From Candidatus Saccharimonadales bacterium (GTDB lineage Bacteria; Patescibacteriota; Saccharimonadia; Saccharimonadales; JACQNP01), in contig JBBSJL010000001.1 in assembly GCA_038257245.1 (NCBI GenBank), positions 23,776 through 87,775 of the forward strand: a stretch of 64,000 nucleotides of DNA. Direction: 5' to 3'. Shown here piece by piece: positions 1-9,634 of this stretch; the stretch's first letter is position 1; each line of letters opens with the position of its first letter. Both the position numbers and the translations under genes were made by a program. Below the pieces are notes generated by a model. The model searched no databases and was not told the DNA's origin. It saw only the letters and a program-made list of their open reading frames with translations.

Positions 1-101
1 TGATTGCCGTTCTTGGGGGCTTGTCTGGTCTTTCTGGCTGGGTAAGATTCTTAATTAAAAAGATAAAGAATATTGGGGATGACGATTCCTACATAAGTTA
101 G
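1..101 (+). CDS. partial 3' end of an unidentified upstream gene (hydrophobic/basic C-terminal tail)
   Basis: Frame open from window edge (codons from nt 3) to TAG at 99-101: ...IAVLGGLSGLSGWVRFLIKKIKNIGDDDSYIS*. Too short to identify. Confidence 0.3.
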   Translation, partial: IAVLGGLSGLSGWVRFLIKKIKNIGDDDSYIS

Positions 102-132
102 TATCCATCCAAGCTGTTATAATAGCTGAGAA

Positions 133-1212
133 ATGCTGGTAATTATAAAAAAAGTAAATGAACTTGACACAGAAGTGGCAGACGTTATGAGACGTCTGGA
201 CATTGAAGCCCTAAAACAAGAAGCAGAAGAACTAAAAATTCAGTCGCTCGGACAAGAGTTTTGGGCAGATAATATTAAAGCCCAAGAAGTCATGAAGAAG
301 ATTAGTAAGTTGGAATCTAGAATTCAACCATGGATTGAAATTGAAACTGAGCTTAGTGAGGTCAAAGAGCTCGCACAACTAAATGACGACAGCATTTCAC
401 CAGATCTTAAAAAACAATTAGCAAACATAAATAAAAAGCTTTTGGCATTAAAAAAAGAACTACAGTTTTCTGGTAAGTATGATGACCATGATGTAATTCT
501 AAGCATACATGCTGGGGCAGGCGGTACGGATGCCCAAGATTGGGCTCAAATGTTAATGCGTATGTATGTACGGTGGGCTGAATCGCATAATTACAAAGTC
601 ATTATGATAGATGAATCCTCTGGGGACGAGGCAGGTATAAAAAGTGTAACTTTGGAAATCGAAGGTAAATTTGTATTCGGTAAGCTTCAATATGAACATG
701 GGGTACATCGTTTAGTTAGGCTAAGTCCGTTTAACTCAGATAATCTACGCCAAACAAGTTTTGCGAAAGTAGAAATCATGCCAAAGGTGGATACACCCAA
801 CGAAGTCGAAATTGATGAAGGTGATCTAAAAATAGATGTGTATAGAAGTGGTGGTAAAGGAGGACAGTCTGTAAATACAACTGATTCGGCGGTGAGGGTA
901 ACCCATATACCAACAAAAACAGTAGTTGCGATTCAAAACGAACGTAGTCAAATTCAAAACAAAGAAACTGCTATGACAATATTGCGTTCGAGACTTGCTC
1001 AATTACAGATAGAACAGCATGCTGAAAAAGTATCAGAGCTAAAAGGTCCGAATCAATCAGCTGAGTGGGGCAACCAAATCCGTAGCTACGTACTACACCC
1101 GTATAAACAGGTCAAAGATCTGCGGTCTAAATACGAAACTAGCGATGCTGACGGTGTATTGGATGGCAAATTAGATGACCTAATTAATGCTAATCTAGAG
1201 AATAACCTTTAG
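133..1212 (+). CDS. prfB: peptide chain release factor 2
   Basis: 359-aa ORF with RF2-specific SPF tripeptide (LSPFNS) and GGQ motif (GGKGGQSVN). Collinear with RF2 from the N-terminus and uninterrupted. TGT-TATAAT extended -10 at 115-123. Confidence 0.95.
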   Translation: MLVIIKKVNELDTEVADVMRRLDIEALKQEAEELKIQSLGQEFWADNIKAQEVMKKISKLESRIQPWIEIETELSEVKELAQLNDDSISPDLKKQLANINKKLLALKKELQFSGKYDDHDVILSIHAGAGGTDAQDWAQMLMRMYVRWAESHNYKVIMIDESSGDEAGIKSVTLEIEGKFVFGKLQYEHGVHRLVRLSPFNSDNLRQTSFAKVEIMPKVDTPNEVEIDEGDLKIDVYRSGGKGGQSVNTTDSAVRVTHIPTKTVVAIQNERSQIQNKETAMTILRSRLAQLQIEQHAEKVSELKGPNQSAEWGNQIRSYVLHPYKQVKDLRSKYETSDADGVLDGKLDDLINANLENNL

Positions 1213-1234
1213 CTATTTGCTATAATAAAGACAT

Positions 1235-1915
1235 ATGATACTTCTGGATAGAGTTACAAAATCATACAGCCGCAGCGGTGCCGCTTTGGATCGAATAAGT
1301 TTGCATATTGAACCAAAAGAATTCGTTATTATTATTGGTAAAAGCGGAGCAGGTAAATCGACGCTACTAAAACTTTTAACCAGAGAAGAGAGACCAACTA
1401 GCGGCAAAATCGTGGTTGGTGGTGTGGATTACGACAAATTGAAAGATCGTGACATACCGCTATTAAGGCGAAAAATTGGGGTTGTTTTCCAAGACTTTAA
1501 ACTTCTTCCTAACAAGAATGTATTTGAAAACGTAGCGTTCGCATTGGAAATTGTCGGATATGGTAACAAAGAAATAAATCATACCGTGCCAAGGGTATTA
1601 GATATAGTAGGGTTAAAAGGCAAAGAAAAGCGTATGCCCTTGGAATTATCAGGTGGTGAGCGCCAACGGGTGGCTATTGCCAGGGCAATAGTACGCCAGC
1701 CAAAAATTCTTATTGCCGATGAGCCAACAGGCAATCTAGATCCAAAACATGCATGGGATGTAATTAAGGTGCTAGAAAAAATTAACCGCTATGGCACCAC
1801 TGTCCTTCTAACTACCCATAATCAGGATATCGTCAATAAGCTTAAACGCAGAGTCGTAGTTATAAATGACGGCAAAATCGAAAGCGATAGAGCTAACGCG
1901 GAGTACAAACACTAA
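1235..1915 (+). CDS. ftsE: cell-division ABC ATPase FtsE
   Basis: Walker A GKSGAGKST, ABC signature LSGGERQR, Walker B ILIADEPT. 226 aa, immediately upstream of an FtsX-type permease. Confidence 0.9.
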   Translation: MILLDRVTKSYSRSGAALDRISLHIEPKEFVIIIGKSGAGKSTLLKLLTREERPTSGKIVVGGVDYDKLKDRDIPLLRRKIGVVFQDFKLLPNKNVFENVAFALEIVGYGNKEINHTVPRVLDIVGLKGKEKRMPLELSGGERQRVAIARAIVRQPKILIADEPTGNLDPKHAWDVIKVLEKINRYGTTVLLTTHNQDIVNKLKRRVVVINDGKIESDRANAEYKH

Positions 1916-2859
1916 TGAGACGCAAGTTCATTACATTCACCAGAATTATTCGTGCAGGGCTGCAGAATTTTGCTAGAAACCTGACACTGGGGATAGCCGC
2001 TATGGCCGTAATGGTTATTACTCTAACAATAGTGTTGTTTTCAGTAATAGTTAATGAAACATTTGTTCATACAGTACAGCAAATAACAGATAGGATTGAT
2101 ATATCTGTTTATCTTGTTGATGATATCAAAAATGATCAATTAGATAATCTTATCAATGACCTAAAGTCTGACAAAAATGTTAAATCCGTAGAATATATTT
2201 CTAAAGATCAAGCATTAGAAATCTACAAGCAGCAGAATGTTGATAATGTAGATCTTCTGGTAGCTATATCACAAACCGATAATCCACTACCAGCCAGCTT
2301 ACAGATAAAACCAGTAGACCCCAACCAGATCGAACCGATTAAACAATTTTTAGAACAACCAGAAATTGCAAAATTACAGTCTGACGAAACATCCTATTCG
2401 GGTGACAGGAAAGACGCAATCGACAAAATTTCACAAGCCACGAAGTTTTTTAGAGAAGCTGGGTTTGTAGGCATAGTAGTTTTTATGATGGTATCAATAC
2501 TAATAATTTTCAACACAATCAAGATGGCAATATTTAATCGTCGTGAAGAACTAACCATAATGCGATTACTCGGTGCTAGCACTACTTATATACGTGGTCC
2601 ATTTATAATTGAAACAATTGTTTACGGTATTATTGCAGGAGTGGTGTCTGTTTCTCTAGTTAGTGCTATGTTCGCAGTATCTGCTTCGGCTTTCGATGCC
2701 AGTAGCCTAGGTCTACTAGATATTAAGTTTGCTAATGATTATTTTGCCAAAGGGTTCTGGGTTATTATTAGCGCCCAGATTGGAATAGGTATACTAATAG
2801 GATCATTTTCTTCACTAATTGCTACACGACGATATCTAAAGTTTAAATCCCCAAAGTAA
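1915..2859 (+). CDS. ftsX: cell-division permease-like protein FtsX
   Basis: Start overlaps the ftsE stop (TAATG). One N-terminal TM helix, a ~140-aa extracytoplasmic loop, then three C-terminal TM helices (FtsX topology). Confidence 0.85.
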   Translation: MRRKFITFTRIIRAGLQNFARNLTLGIAAMAVMVITLTIVLFSVIVNETFVHTVQQITDRIDISVYLVDDIKNDQLDNLINDLKSDKNVKSVEYISKDQALEIYKQQNVDNVDLLVAISQTDNPLPASLQIKPVDPNQIEPIKQFLEQPEIAKLQSDETSYSGDRKDAIDKISQATKFFREAGFVGIVVFMMVSILIIFNTIKMAIFNRREELTIMRLLGASTTYIRGPFIIETIVYGIIAGVVSVSLVSAMFAVSASAFDASSLGLLDIKFANDYFAKGFWVIISAQIGIGILIGSFSSLIATRRYLKFKSPK

Positions 2860-2956
2860 GCAATAATAACAGGGGTGATAACGCTTGCAAATAGTTGTAA
2901 TCTGTGCTAGTATTAAAAAGCTTATGATAAAACAAAAAACTACAAATATACTTAAG

Positions 2957-4114
2957 ATGACGAAACTGCGGTTTACGCCTCTGGTTGTGAGTTTAATTTT
3001 TTTTGCTGGGCTTGCGGTACCAATTTATGTTTACGCCGATACTTTTGATGAACAAATAAGTAAACTTCGAAATGATAACGACAACAAGAAAGAACAAGTT
3101 AATAGCCTCGCGGTAGAGGCCGGCAACATTCAGGAAACTATTGTTAAACTCCAGCAGCAAATTGATGGTTTGCAATCGCAAATAGTTAAAAATAATGCCA
3201 AAAATGAACAACTAGCGAAAGAAATAAAGGCAGCACAGATAGAGTTAGAAAAACAGAAGAATTTGTTAGGCCAAAATATCAAAGCGATGTATCTTGAAGG
3301 CAAAATAACCCCCCTAGAGATGCTGGCCTCCAGTAAAGACCTTAGCGAGTTTGTTGATAAGGAACAGTATCGTGATGCAGTAAAATCCAAGATTAAAAGC
3401 TCGTTAGATAAAGTTACAGAACTTAAGGCAACCCTTAAGTCACAGAAAGAAGATGTCGAAAAATTATTAAGAGAACAAGAATCACTTAAGAAACAAATTG
3501 GATCCCAGCAAACCCAGCAGAACAGACTTCTTGGGCTTAATCAATCTGAGCAAAACAAAGTCAATTCCGACATTGAAGCTAATAAGGAAAAAATCAATGA
3601 TTTAAGACAACAGCAGATAATTGAAAACCTAAAGATATTTGGTGGTGGTGTCCAGCCGGGTATTGCTGGTGGTGGTGGTTATCCTTGGGGTAATGCATAC
3701 TGTGTTTATACTAACCAAGTCGGGGGACCATGCTTTAATTATGATTGGTATTTTAATGGTTCTGCTTGGGATAGCTGGGGCTACGGTTTTAGAAACTGTA
3801 CCAGTTGGGTAGCATTTAAACTAGCGGCTTCAGGTAAAGTTGGGTTTACATACCTTGGTAACGCCGCAAACTGGCCAAGTAACGCTGCAGCCAGAGGCAT
3901 TCCTGTAACTTATGGCTCAGGAGCACAAGTCGGCAATGCTGCCGTAAACCCTAATGGATATTATGGACATGTTATGTATGTAGAAGCAATAACACCAGAC
4001 GGTAAAGTTGTAGTTAGTGACTATAATCGAACGGGGGATGGTTACTATAGAGGACCCGACAGCGGTAGTGCTGCCGTACTAGATCAATCAGGGCTAGTCT
4101 TCATACATTTTTAA
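2957..4114 (+). CDS. secreted coiled-coil + CHAP-domain peptidoglycan hydrolase (PcsB-like)
   Basis: ORF opens at TTG 2885, but ATG 2957 gives a signal-peptide-like start (MTKLRFTPLVVSLIFFAGLAVPIYVYA). ~200 aa Q/K/E/L-rich coiled coil, GGGVQPGIAGGGG linker, CHAP-like Cys (FRNCTSWVAFK) and His (GHVMYVE). Confidence 0.75.
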   Translation: MTKLRFTPLVVSLIFFAGLAVPIYVYADTFDEQISKLRNDNDNKKEQVNSLAVEAGNIQETIVKLQQQIDGLQSQIVKNNAKNEQLAKEIKAAQIELEKQKNLLGQNIKAMYLEGKITPLEMLASSKDLSEFVDKEQYRDAVKSKIKSSLDKVTELKATLKSQKEDVEKLLREQESLKKQIGSQQTQQNRLLGLNQSEQNKVNSDIEANKEKINDLRQQQIIENLKIFGGGVQPGIAGGGGYPWGNAYCVYTNQVGGPCFNYDWYFNGSAWDSWGYGFRNCTSWVAFKLAASGKVGFTYLGNAANWPSNAAARGIPVTYGSGAQVGNAAVNPNGYYGHVMYVEAITPDGKVVVSDYNRTGDGYYRGPDSGSAAVLDQSGLVFIHF

Positions 4115-4184
4115 AAAGTTAATTCACAGTTGTTTTTCAGTTTTGTGAGATAATGTAGCATAGAATATTTATTACGGAGGCAAA

Positions 4185-5405
4185 GTGTACAAAGAAATAG
4201 AAACTAAATCTGAAAAAAAATCTACATTAATAAAAACTATTGGGTTAACGTTTGCGTTTGCCTTGGTTTTTATTTTTGGACTTAATATTGGCAACGGGAA
4301 AATCAGGGCAGGTGATAGTCTAAAACTTGTTCAAAACAATTCAAATGGTAGTCTTCCAGCTGATCTTGATTATTCGTCAGTAGAATCCCTGTATGATTCA
4401 TTAAAGAAAACTTACGATGGTGATCTTGAGGAAACAAAGCTAATGGATGGTATAAAAAAGGGTCTTGTTGAAGCTTCCGGCGATAAATATACAGAATACC
4501 TAACAACCAAAGAATCTCAGGAATTTGAAGAAAGTCTTAATGGTACTTTTAGCGGTATTGGGGCAGAGCTAAGTAAAGAAGAGAATGCTATTGTAATTGT
4601 CGCACCTATTTCTGGTTTCCCAGCTGAAGAGGCTGGGCTTAGAGCAAAAGACGTTATTATAAAAATAAATGATGAAAACGCATTAGACATATCAGTGTCA
4701 GAAGCCGTTACAAAAATTCGCGGACCAGAGGGAACGAACGTAAAGCTTACAATAGTGCGTGATAGTAAGGAAGAATTAGAGTTTGATATAACTCGTCAAC
4801 AAATAAAAATACCGAGTGTCGAATTCGAAGTCACTGACGATATCGGATATATAAAAATAAGTCGTTTTGCAGAAGATACTGAACAGTTAGCACAAAAGGC
4901 TGCCGAGGAGTTTAAGGCTAACAATGTTGTTGGAATTGTATTGGACCTTCGTAATGACCCAGGCGGCTTACTGGATGCTTCGGTAGATGTCTCTAGTCTT
5001 TGGTTGGACAGAGACAAAGTAGTACTAGAAGAAAAAAGAGGTGGCGAGACGATAAAGACATACAGGTCTAAGGGCGGAAACATTCTTGGTGGAATACCAA
5101 CAGTAGTTTTGATAAATGAAGGTAGTGCCAGCGCAAGCGAAATTACTGCAGGAGCTTTAAGAGATCACGGTGTAGCCATACTAATGGGGCAAAAGTCATT
5201 TGGTAAGGGAAGTGTTCAGCAGGTCACCCCGCTAAATGCTGGGGGCACTCTCAAGGTTACAATCGCCAAATGGTTTACACCTAATGGCAGGAACATAAAT
5301 GAAGAAGGTATAGAGCCAGATCAAAAAGTCGAGATTACTGACGAAAATCTAAAGAACAAACAAGATCCTCAAAAAGACGCTGCATTCGGGTATTTAAAAA
5401 AGTAA
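4185..5405 (+). CDS. C-terminal processing (S41) peptidase with PDZ domain
   Basis: GTG start 6 nt after GGAGG. N-terminal TM anchor, PDZ-like segment (GFPAEEAGLRAKDVIIKIN), S41 catalytic region (NEGSASASEI ... SFGKGSVQ). Confidence 0.85.
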   Translation: MYKEIETKSEKKSTLIKTIGLTFAFALVFIFGLNIGNGKIRAGDSLKLVQNNSNGSLPADLDYSSVESLYDSLKKTYDGDLEETKLMDGIKKGLVEASGDKYTEYLTTKESQEFEESLNGTFSGIGAELSKEENAIVIVAPISGFPAEEAGLRAKDVIIKINDENALDISVSEAVTKIRGPEGTNVKLTIVRDSKEELEFDITRQQIKIPSVEFEVTDDIGYIKISRFAEDTEQLAQKAAEEFKANNVVGIVLDLRNDPGGLLDASVDVSSLWLDRDKVVLEEKRGGETIKTYRSKGGNILGGIPTVVLINEGSASASEITAGALRDHGVAILMGQKSFGKGSVQQVTPLNAGGTLKVTIAKWFTPNGRNINEEGIEPDQKVEITDENLKNKQDPQKDAAFGYLKK

Positions 5406-5501
5406 CAATATACTAAATAAAATGTTGTGAAAGAGGTAAACCTTATTCCATCCTCGGCATTGTTGTGGTAGTATTTCTTAGTAATAAGAGGTAATAGGTA
5501 G

Positions 5502-7106
5502 GTGGCCAAGCCAACAAAATACGTGTTTGTAACAGGTGGTGTGCTTTCTGGTTTAGGAAAGGGCATCACGGCCGCCTCAATCGGTAACCTGCTTAAAGCC
5601 CGCGGACTCAAAATAAACATTCAAAAATGTGACCCTTACCTTAATGTAGATGCTGGTATGCTAAATCCGGCAGAGCACGGAGAGTGTTTTGTTACCAAGG
5701 ATGGAGCAGAAACTGACCTTGATCTCGGGCATTACGAACGATTTTTAGATCAAGAATTGACCAAAGGTAGCTCTTTGATGAGTGGTCGAATATTATCTAA
5801 GGTAATTGACGACGAAAGAGCCGGTAAATACTCCGGCAAGACTGTTCAATTCATTCCGCATGTTACCAATGCGATCCAAGAAGAAATTATTAAAGTATCA
5901 AAAAACTATGATGTTCATATTGTTGAGATTGGCGGTACAGTTGGAGATTATGAGGGGCTTAATTTCATAGAAGCAATCAGAGAGTTGGCGTTTAAGGTGG
6001 GCAAAGAAAACTGTGCATTTGTTCATGTTGTTTATATGCCTTATCTGGGTGCTAGTCGCGAATTCAAAACCAAACCAGCGCAGAACGCCGTCAGGGAACT
6101 AAGAGGACTTGGTATTTCTCCAGATGTGTTGGTAGTGAGAAGTGAAGAGCAGTCACCCAAGGATGTAGTATCAAAACTAAGTATGTTTTCTGGAGTTGCA
6201 CCCGAAGCAATAGCGCTTTTGCCAAATGCTTCATCAATTTACGAAGTGCCACTAACGTTAGAGGACACAGGTATATCAAGTGTTATTGCTGGGAAGTTGA
6301 ACATCAAAATGTCTAGGCCAAATCTAAAGCAATGGCGAAATGTAGTTGATAGAGCTACAGCTCGTTATAGCAAACGAGTGACTATTGGTGTCGTAGCAAA
6401 ATATATGGATAACCAAGATACATATATGTCGGTGTTTGAGGCTTTGCAGTCTGCTGCTTGGTGGCAAGATACCTCTGTTTCAATTAAATGGATAGATGCC
6501 GAAAAATTGGATAAAAGTTCGAATGGAGTCAGCGATATAATAAATGAGTGCGACGGCATAGTTGTACCGGGTGGATTTGGAACACGGGCTCTTAACGGCA
6601 AGATTAAAGCAGCCCAATATTGTCTCAGGAACAATGTACCATATTTAGGGCTATGCTTGGGGTTACAGATGGGGGTAATTGCCGCAGCTCGTAACGCAGG
6701 TATTTCTGATGCTTCAACCCCAGAGCTGGGAGACAGCTCAAAGAACCTAGTAATAGACACAATGTACGGTCAAAAGGGCAAAGAAAATACTGGCGGGACT
6801 ATGAGGCTCGGTGATTACCCATGTAATATTGAAAAAGGTAGTTTAGTAGAAAAACTCTATGGGACTAAAAATATTACTGAACGACATCGCCACCGTTATG
6901 AGTGTAATAACAAATATACGGGTCAGTACGAAAAATGGGGGCTAAAAGCATCGGGGACTAGTCCAGACGGTAAATTAGTGGAAATTATAGAAGCAATTGA
7001 CCACCCATTTTTTGTTGCTAGTCAGTTCCATCCAGAGTTTAAATCACGTCCAAATAAGTCGCACCCAATGTTCGATGGATTCATAAAATCACTATTGCAA
7101 AAATAA
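5502..7106 (+). CDS. pyrG: CTP synthase
   Basis: 534 aa. N-terminal synthetase signature (KYVFVTGGVLSGLGKGI) and C-terminal class-I glutamine amidotransferase (GLCLGLQ ... FHPEF). GTG start. Confidence 0.95.
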   Translation: MAKPTKYVFVTGGVLSGLGKGITAASIGNLLKARGLKINIQKCDPYLNVDAGMLNPAEHGECFVTKDGAETDLDLGHYERFLDQELTKGSSLMSGRILSKVIDDERAGKYSGKTVQFIPHVTNAIQEEIIKVSKNYDVHIVEIGGTVGDYEGLNFIEAIRELAFKVGKENCAFVHVVYMPYLGASREFKTKPAQNAVRELRGLGISPDVLVVRSEEQSPKDVVSKLSMFSGVAPEAIALLPNASSIYEVPLTLEDTGISSVIAGKLNIKMSRPNLKQWRNVVDRATARYSKRVTIGVVAKYMDNQDTYMSVFEALQSAAWWQDTSVSIKWIDAEKLDKSSNGVSDIINECDGIVVPGGFGTRALNGKIKAAQYCLRNNVPYLGLCLGLQMGVIAAARNAGISDASTPELGDSSKNLVIDTMYGQKGKENTGGTMRLGDYPCNIEKGSLVEKLYGTKNITERHRHRYECNNKYTGQYEKWGLKASGTSPDGKLVEIIEAIDHPFFVASQFHPEFKSRPNKSHPMFDGFIKSLLQK

Positions 7107-7130
7107 GCATTACCTGATAGCATAAGCACT

Positions 7131-7514
7131 ATGGATAACCAAAAACAAAAAAAGATTTTACTAGTAGAAGACGATGACGCACTAGCTAGTGTGTATCAAA
7201 CACGTTTACAAGCAGAAAACTTTGATATTAGGCGGGTGCCGAATGGCGAAGATGCTTTAGCTGCAACCTTAGAATACAAACCAGACCTGATTTTGCTAGA
7301 TGTAATGATGCCTAAAGTTAGTGGATTCGATGTGCTGGATATTTTACGAAATACGCCCGAAACTGCAACAGTTAAGATCATTATGCTAACAGCACTCAGC
7401 CAAGACGCAGATAAAGAGCGTGCTAAGAGCTTGGGTGTAGATGACTATTTAGTGAAATCACAAGTTGTAATCGCCGACGTTGTCGACGTTATAAAACAAC
7501 GTCTTGGAATATAG
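7131..7514 (+). CDS. single-domain response regulator (receiver only)
   Basis: 127 aa. VEDDD acidic pocket, phospho-acceptor context DLILLDVMMP, MLTA, and K in DDYLVKS. Close paralog of the receiver domain of 45403-46686. Confidence 0.85.
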   Translation: MDNQKQKKILLVEDDDALASVYQTRLQAENFDIRRVPNGEDALAATLEYKPDLILLDVMMPKVSGFDVLDILRNTPETATVKIIMLTALSQDADKERAKSLGVDDYLVKSQVVIADVVDVIKQRLGI

Positions 7515-7544
7515 CTCAAAGTAAACCAGTAAAGCCATAAAATC

Positions 7545-7567
7545 AGAGCTCACAAAGGGCTCTTTTT
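7545..7567 (+). terminator. weak intrinsic terminator after the receiver gene
   Basis: AGAGC (7545-7549) / GCTCT (7559-7563) stem followed by TTTT. Confidence 0.45.
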
Positions 7568-7576
7568 AATACCAGA

Positions 7577-7605
7577 TTGACAATCTGTAAAAAGTATGCT
7601 ACATT
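7577..7605 (+). promoter_or_regulatory. sigma-70-type promoter of the Fic-like cassette
   Basis: TTGACA (7577-7582), 17-nt spacer, TACATT (7600-7605). Lies ~25 nt upstream of ATG 7630. Confidence 0.55.
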
Positions 7606-7629
7606 ATATATGTAATTTAAAACAAAAAA

Positions 7630-8340
7630 ATGTCAGTAATATCTAGTTCAGAATCATCATTTACGTCTAATGGTAACGAAATCGAACATTCTCGTAATGT
7701 TTTACAACTTGCAGAGTTAAAAGAAATGCTTGGTGCATACGGGTTAGAAGGTGGCAGTCCAAAAGAGAGATTAGATAGTTTGAGAAATCAAAGTAAGGAA
7801 TCACTGGCATTATTTATGACTGACCTAAATGCACGATTAAATGGTTCAGAGGGTAGTCTGGTTCATGAGGACGCTATGAAAATAGGTGATAAGCAAACCG
7901 TTGCACCAGAGGACAGATATGATTTATTTAGTTCTATAGTTGAAAAGGTTAGAAATTGTCCAGAAGATGTAAATCCAGCACGAGTGGGAGACACTTTAGC
8001 ATTGACGACAGTTTTATTACATCCTTATAAAGATGCCAATGGTCGAACCGCTAGAATGTTTGGATATATATTTCGTGATGATATTGATGGTCTAGATGGA
8101 CAAGAAGATTTTAACACTTTAGTTGAACCTCGTGATCAAGCTCGAGAGCGTGGAGGCTTTACGATTAATGGATACATACCATATGTGGGTGAAGGCACAG
8201 ACCAGTCTGATCCCACAGTGGTATCTGGATATGTTGATAAGCTACTTGCGAGTAATGACACAAGTTTGTACACCAGTCCTTATGGACAAGCTGAGCTAAT
8301 CAAGCCACCCGACAATATTCTGCAAGGTGGAGCTGAATAA
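7630..8340 (+). CDS. Fic/DOC-family protein (putative AMPylase/phosphotransferase)
   Basis: 236 aa with HPYKDANGRTAR, a near match to the Fic core HxFx(D/E)(G/A)NGRxxR. I could find no (S/T)xxxE(G/N) inhibitory motif. Confidence 0.6.
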   Translation: MSVISSSESSFTSNGNEIEHSRNVLQLAELKEMLGAYGLEGGSPKERLDSLRNQSKESLALFMTDLNARLNGSEGSLVHEDAMKIGDKQTVAPEDRYDLFSSIVEKVRNCPEDVNPARVGDTLALTTVLLHPYKDANGRTARMFGYIFRDDIDGLDGQEDFNTLVEPRDQARERGGFTINGYIPYVGEGTDQSDPTVVSGYVDKLLASNDTSLYTSPYGQAELIKPPDNILQGGAE

Positions 8341-9332
8341 TGAACCACGAAGTAGTTAGCCTACACGAGGCAGAACATGGTCCTGAAACACAATTGCCAG
8401 CTAACGTTGAGATTATTGATGGTATGTTGACTGAAGAGTTTACTGCAAAGAGGGCAAAGTGGTTGCAAGATCAAATAGAAGGTCAGTATGACCCGCAAAT
8501 GCGACATATAGGAAAGTTGACTGACAGAATAGACCAGACAAGAGCGGAAGGCTTCAGCGCTTACGATAATCAGGATCAAGAAACATATAAAAAGAAAATA
8601 GAAATAGCAAGCCAAACAAAAGAGTATATGTATAAAACTTTTGGTGCTACGAATGTGCGGGAATTCAACAGGTACAAAGAGGCTGAATATAGACAGCAAA
8701 AAATTGGTACAATTGAGTTTTGGGGAGAAGATTCAGATAGGATATTTGATGAAATAGTTGGATGTACTGAAATAATTGACGATGGCATCGATCGTGAGTT
8801 TAGCGTGCCACCGGCTGACAGAGTCGATCCGAAACGAGAGGATTTCCAAGAATATTTAGGTAATAAAATATTTATCGACCATAGTACTTTACAAAATTAT
8901 GTAGAATCAGATACATCTATAGAGTTAGGATATAAAGAGGGTGCGGGTTATAAGATACCGTTGGCAAATATTGTATCAGCAGGAGGCTTTGATAGTTGGG
9001 CTGGTAGGGGCGTCAATGGTCGTAAAGATGGAATGGACGATAAAGATTATCAGAAAAGCTCGGGAGAACAAGTTATTGGTAGGAGTATAGATGCCATAGC
9101 GGACTACGCATTAAGGGAAACAGAAATTCCACCTATTGAAGGAGTTGATGCCTATGTTCAGCCAAATGGTATAGTAATATTTTCTGTCGGTAATTCAAAC
9201 CATAGGATTGCAGCAGCCGTAGCAAGAGGCCAAGAGTTTATCGAAGTAGATGGTATGGTCAGTATACATAAGTTGGGGCAAAATTTAGTTGAAGCCAAGC
9301 AAGATTTGGATAGTGCCGCGGTTGCAGCGTAA
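8340..9332 (+). CDS. hypothetical protein with C-terminal ParB/Srx-like segment
   Basis: 330 aa, start overlaps the Fic stop by 1 nt (TAATG). The C-terminus PIEGVDAYVQPNGIVIFSVGNSNHRIAAAVARGQEFIEV resembles the ParB N-terminal/sulfiredoxin fold (..G.HR..AA...G...I). The N-terminal 230 aa are unassigned. Confidence 0.4.
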   Translation: MNHEVVSLHEAEHGPETQLPANVEIIDGMLTEEFTAKRAKWLQDQIEGQYDPQMRHIGKLTDRIDQTRAEGFSAYDNQDQETYKKKIEIASQTKEYMYKTFGATNVREFNRYKEAEYRQQKIGTIEFWGEDSDRIFDEIVGCTEIIDDGIDREFSVPPADRVDPKREDFQEYLGNKIFIDHSTLQNYVESDTSIELGYKEGAGYKIPLANIVSAGGFDSWAGRGVNGRKDGMDDKDYQKSSGEQVIGRSIDAIADYALRETEIPPIEGVDAYVQPNGIVIFSVGNSNHRIAAAVARGQEFIEVDGMVSIHKLGQNLVEAKQDLDSAAVAA

Positions 9333-9358
9333 ATTGCATGACAATAGTTTTCTAAAAT

Positions 9359-9631
9359 TTAGTCTACTGTTACTTCGGTGCGGGCAACAGATTTGCCGCT
9401 AAAAAGTCGGACGCGTCTTTGGTTGAAGTTTACAATTCCATCTTTTTTGGCATGAATTGTATAGTTACGGCTCATGAATGTGCCTTTACCGGGTCGCTTA
9501 CTCATACCAGTTTGACGTATGATTACTTGACCTGTTTTTACTTTTTGGCCACCAAATAGCTTAACGCCAAGCCGTTGTCCCGGACTGTCGTGTACGTTTT
9601 TACTCGATCCACCAGCTTTAACTTTTGACAT
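9359..9631 (-). CDS. rpmA: 50S ribosomal protein L27
   Basis: 90 aa. The N-terminus MSKVKAGGSSKNVHDSPGQRLGVKLFGGQ is the canonical bL27 N-terminus. Confidence 0.95.
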   Translation of the reverse strand: MSKVKAGGSSKNVHDSPGQRLGVKLFGGQKVKTGQVIIRQTGMSKRPGKGTFMSRNYTIHAKKDGIVNFNQRRVRLFSGKSVARTEVTVD

Positions 9632-9634
9632 AAA

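Noticed and set aside
133-260. Programmed +1 frameshift site expected in many prfB genes (in-frame TGA after ~25 codons preceded by an SD-like element).
   Set aside because: The RF2 reading frame is continuous from ATG 133. The region aligned to the E. coli shift site reads ...DVMRRLDIEAL... with no in-frame stop, so this prfB is simply the non-frameshifted type.
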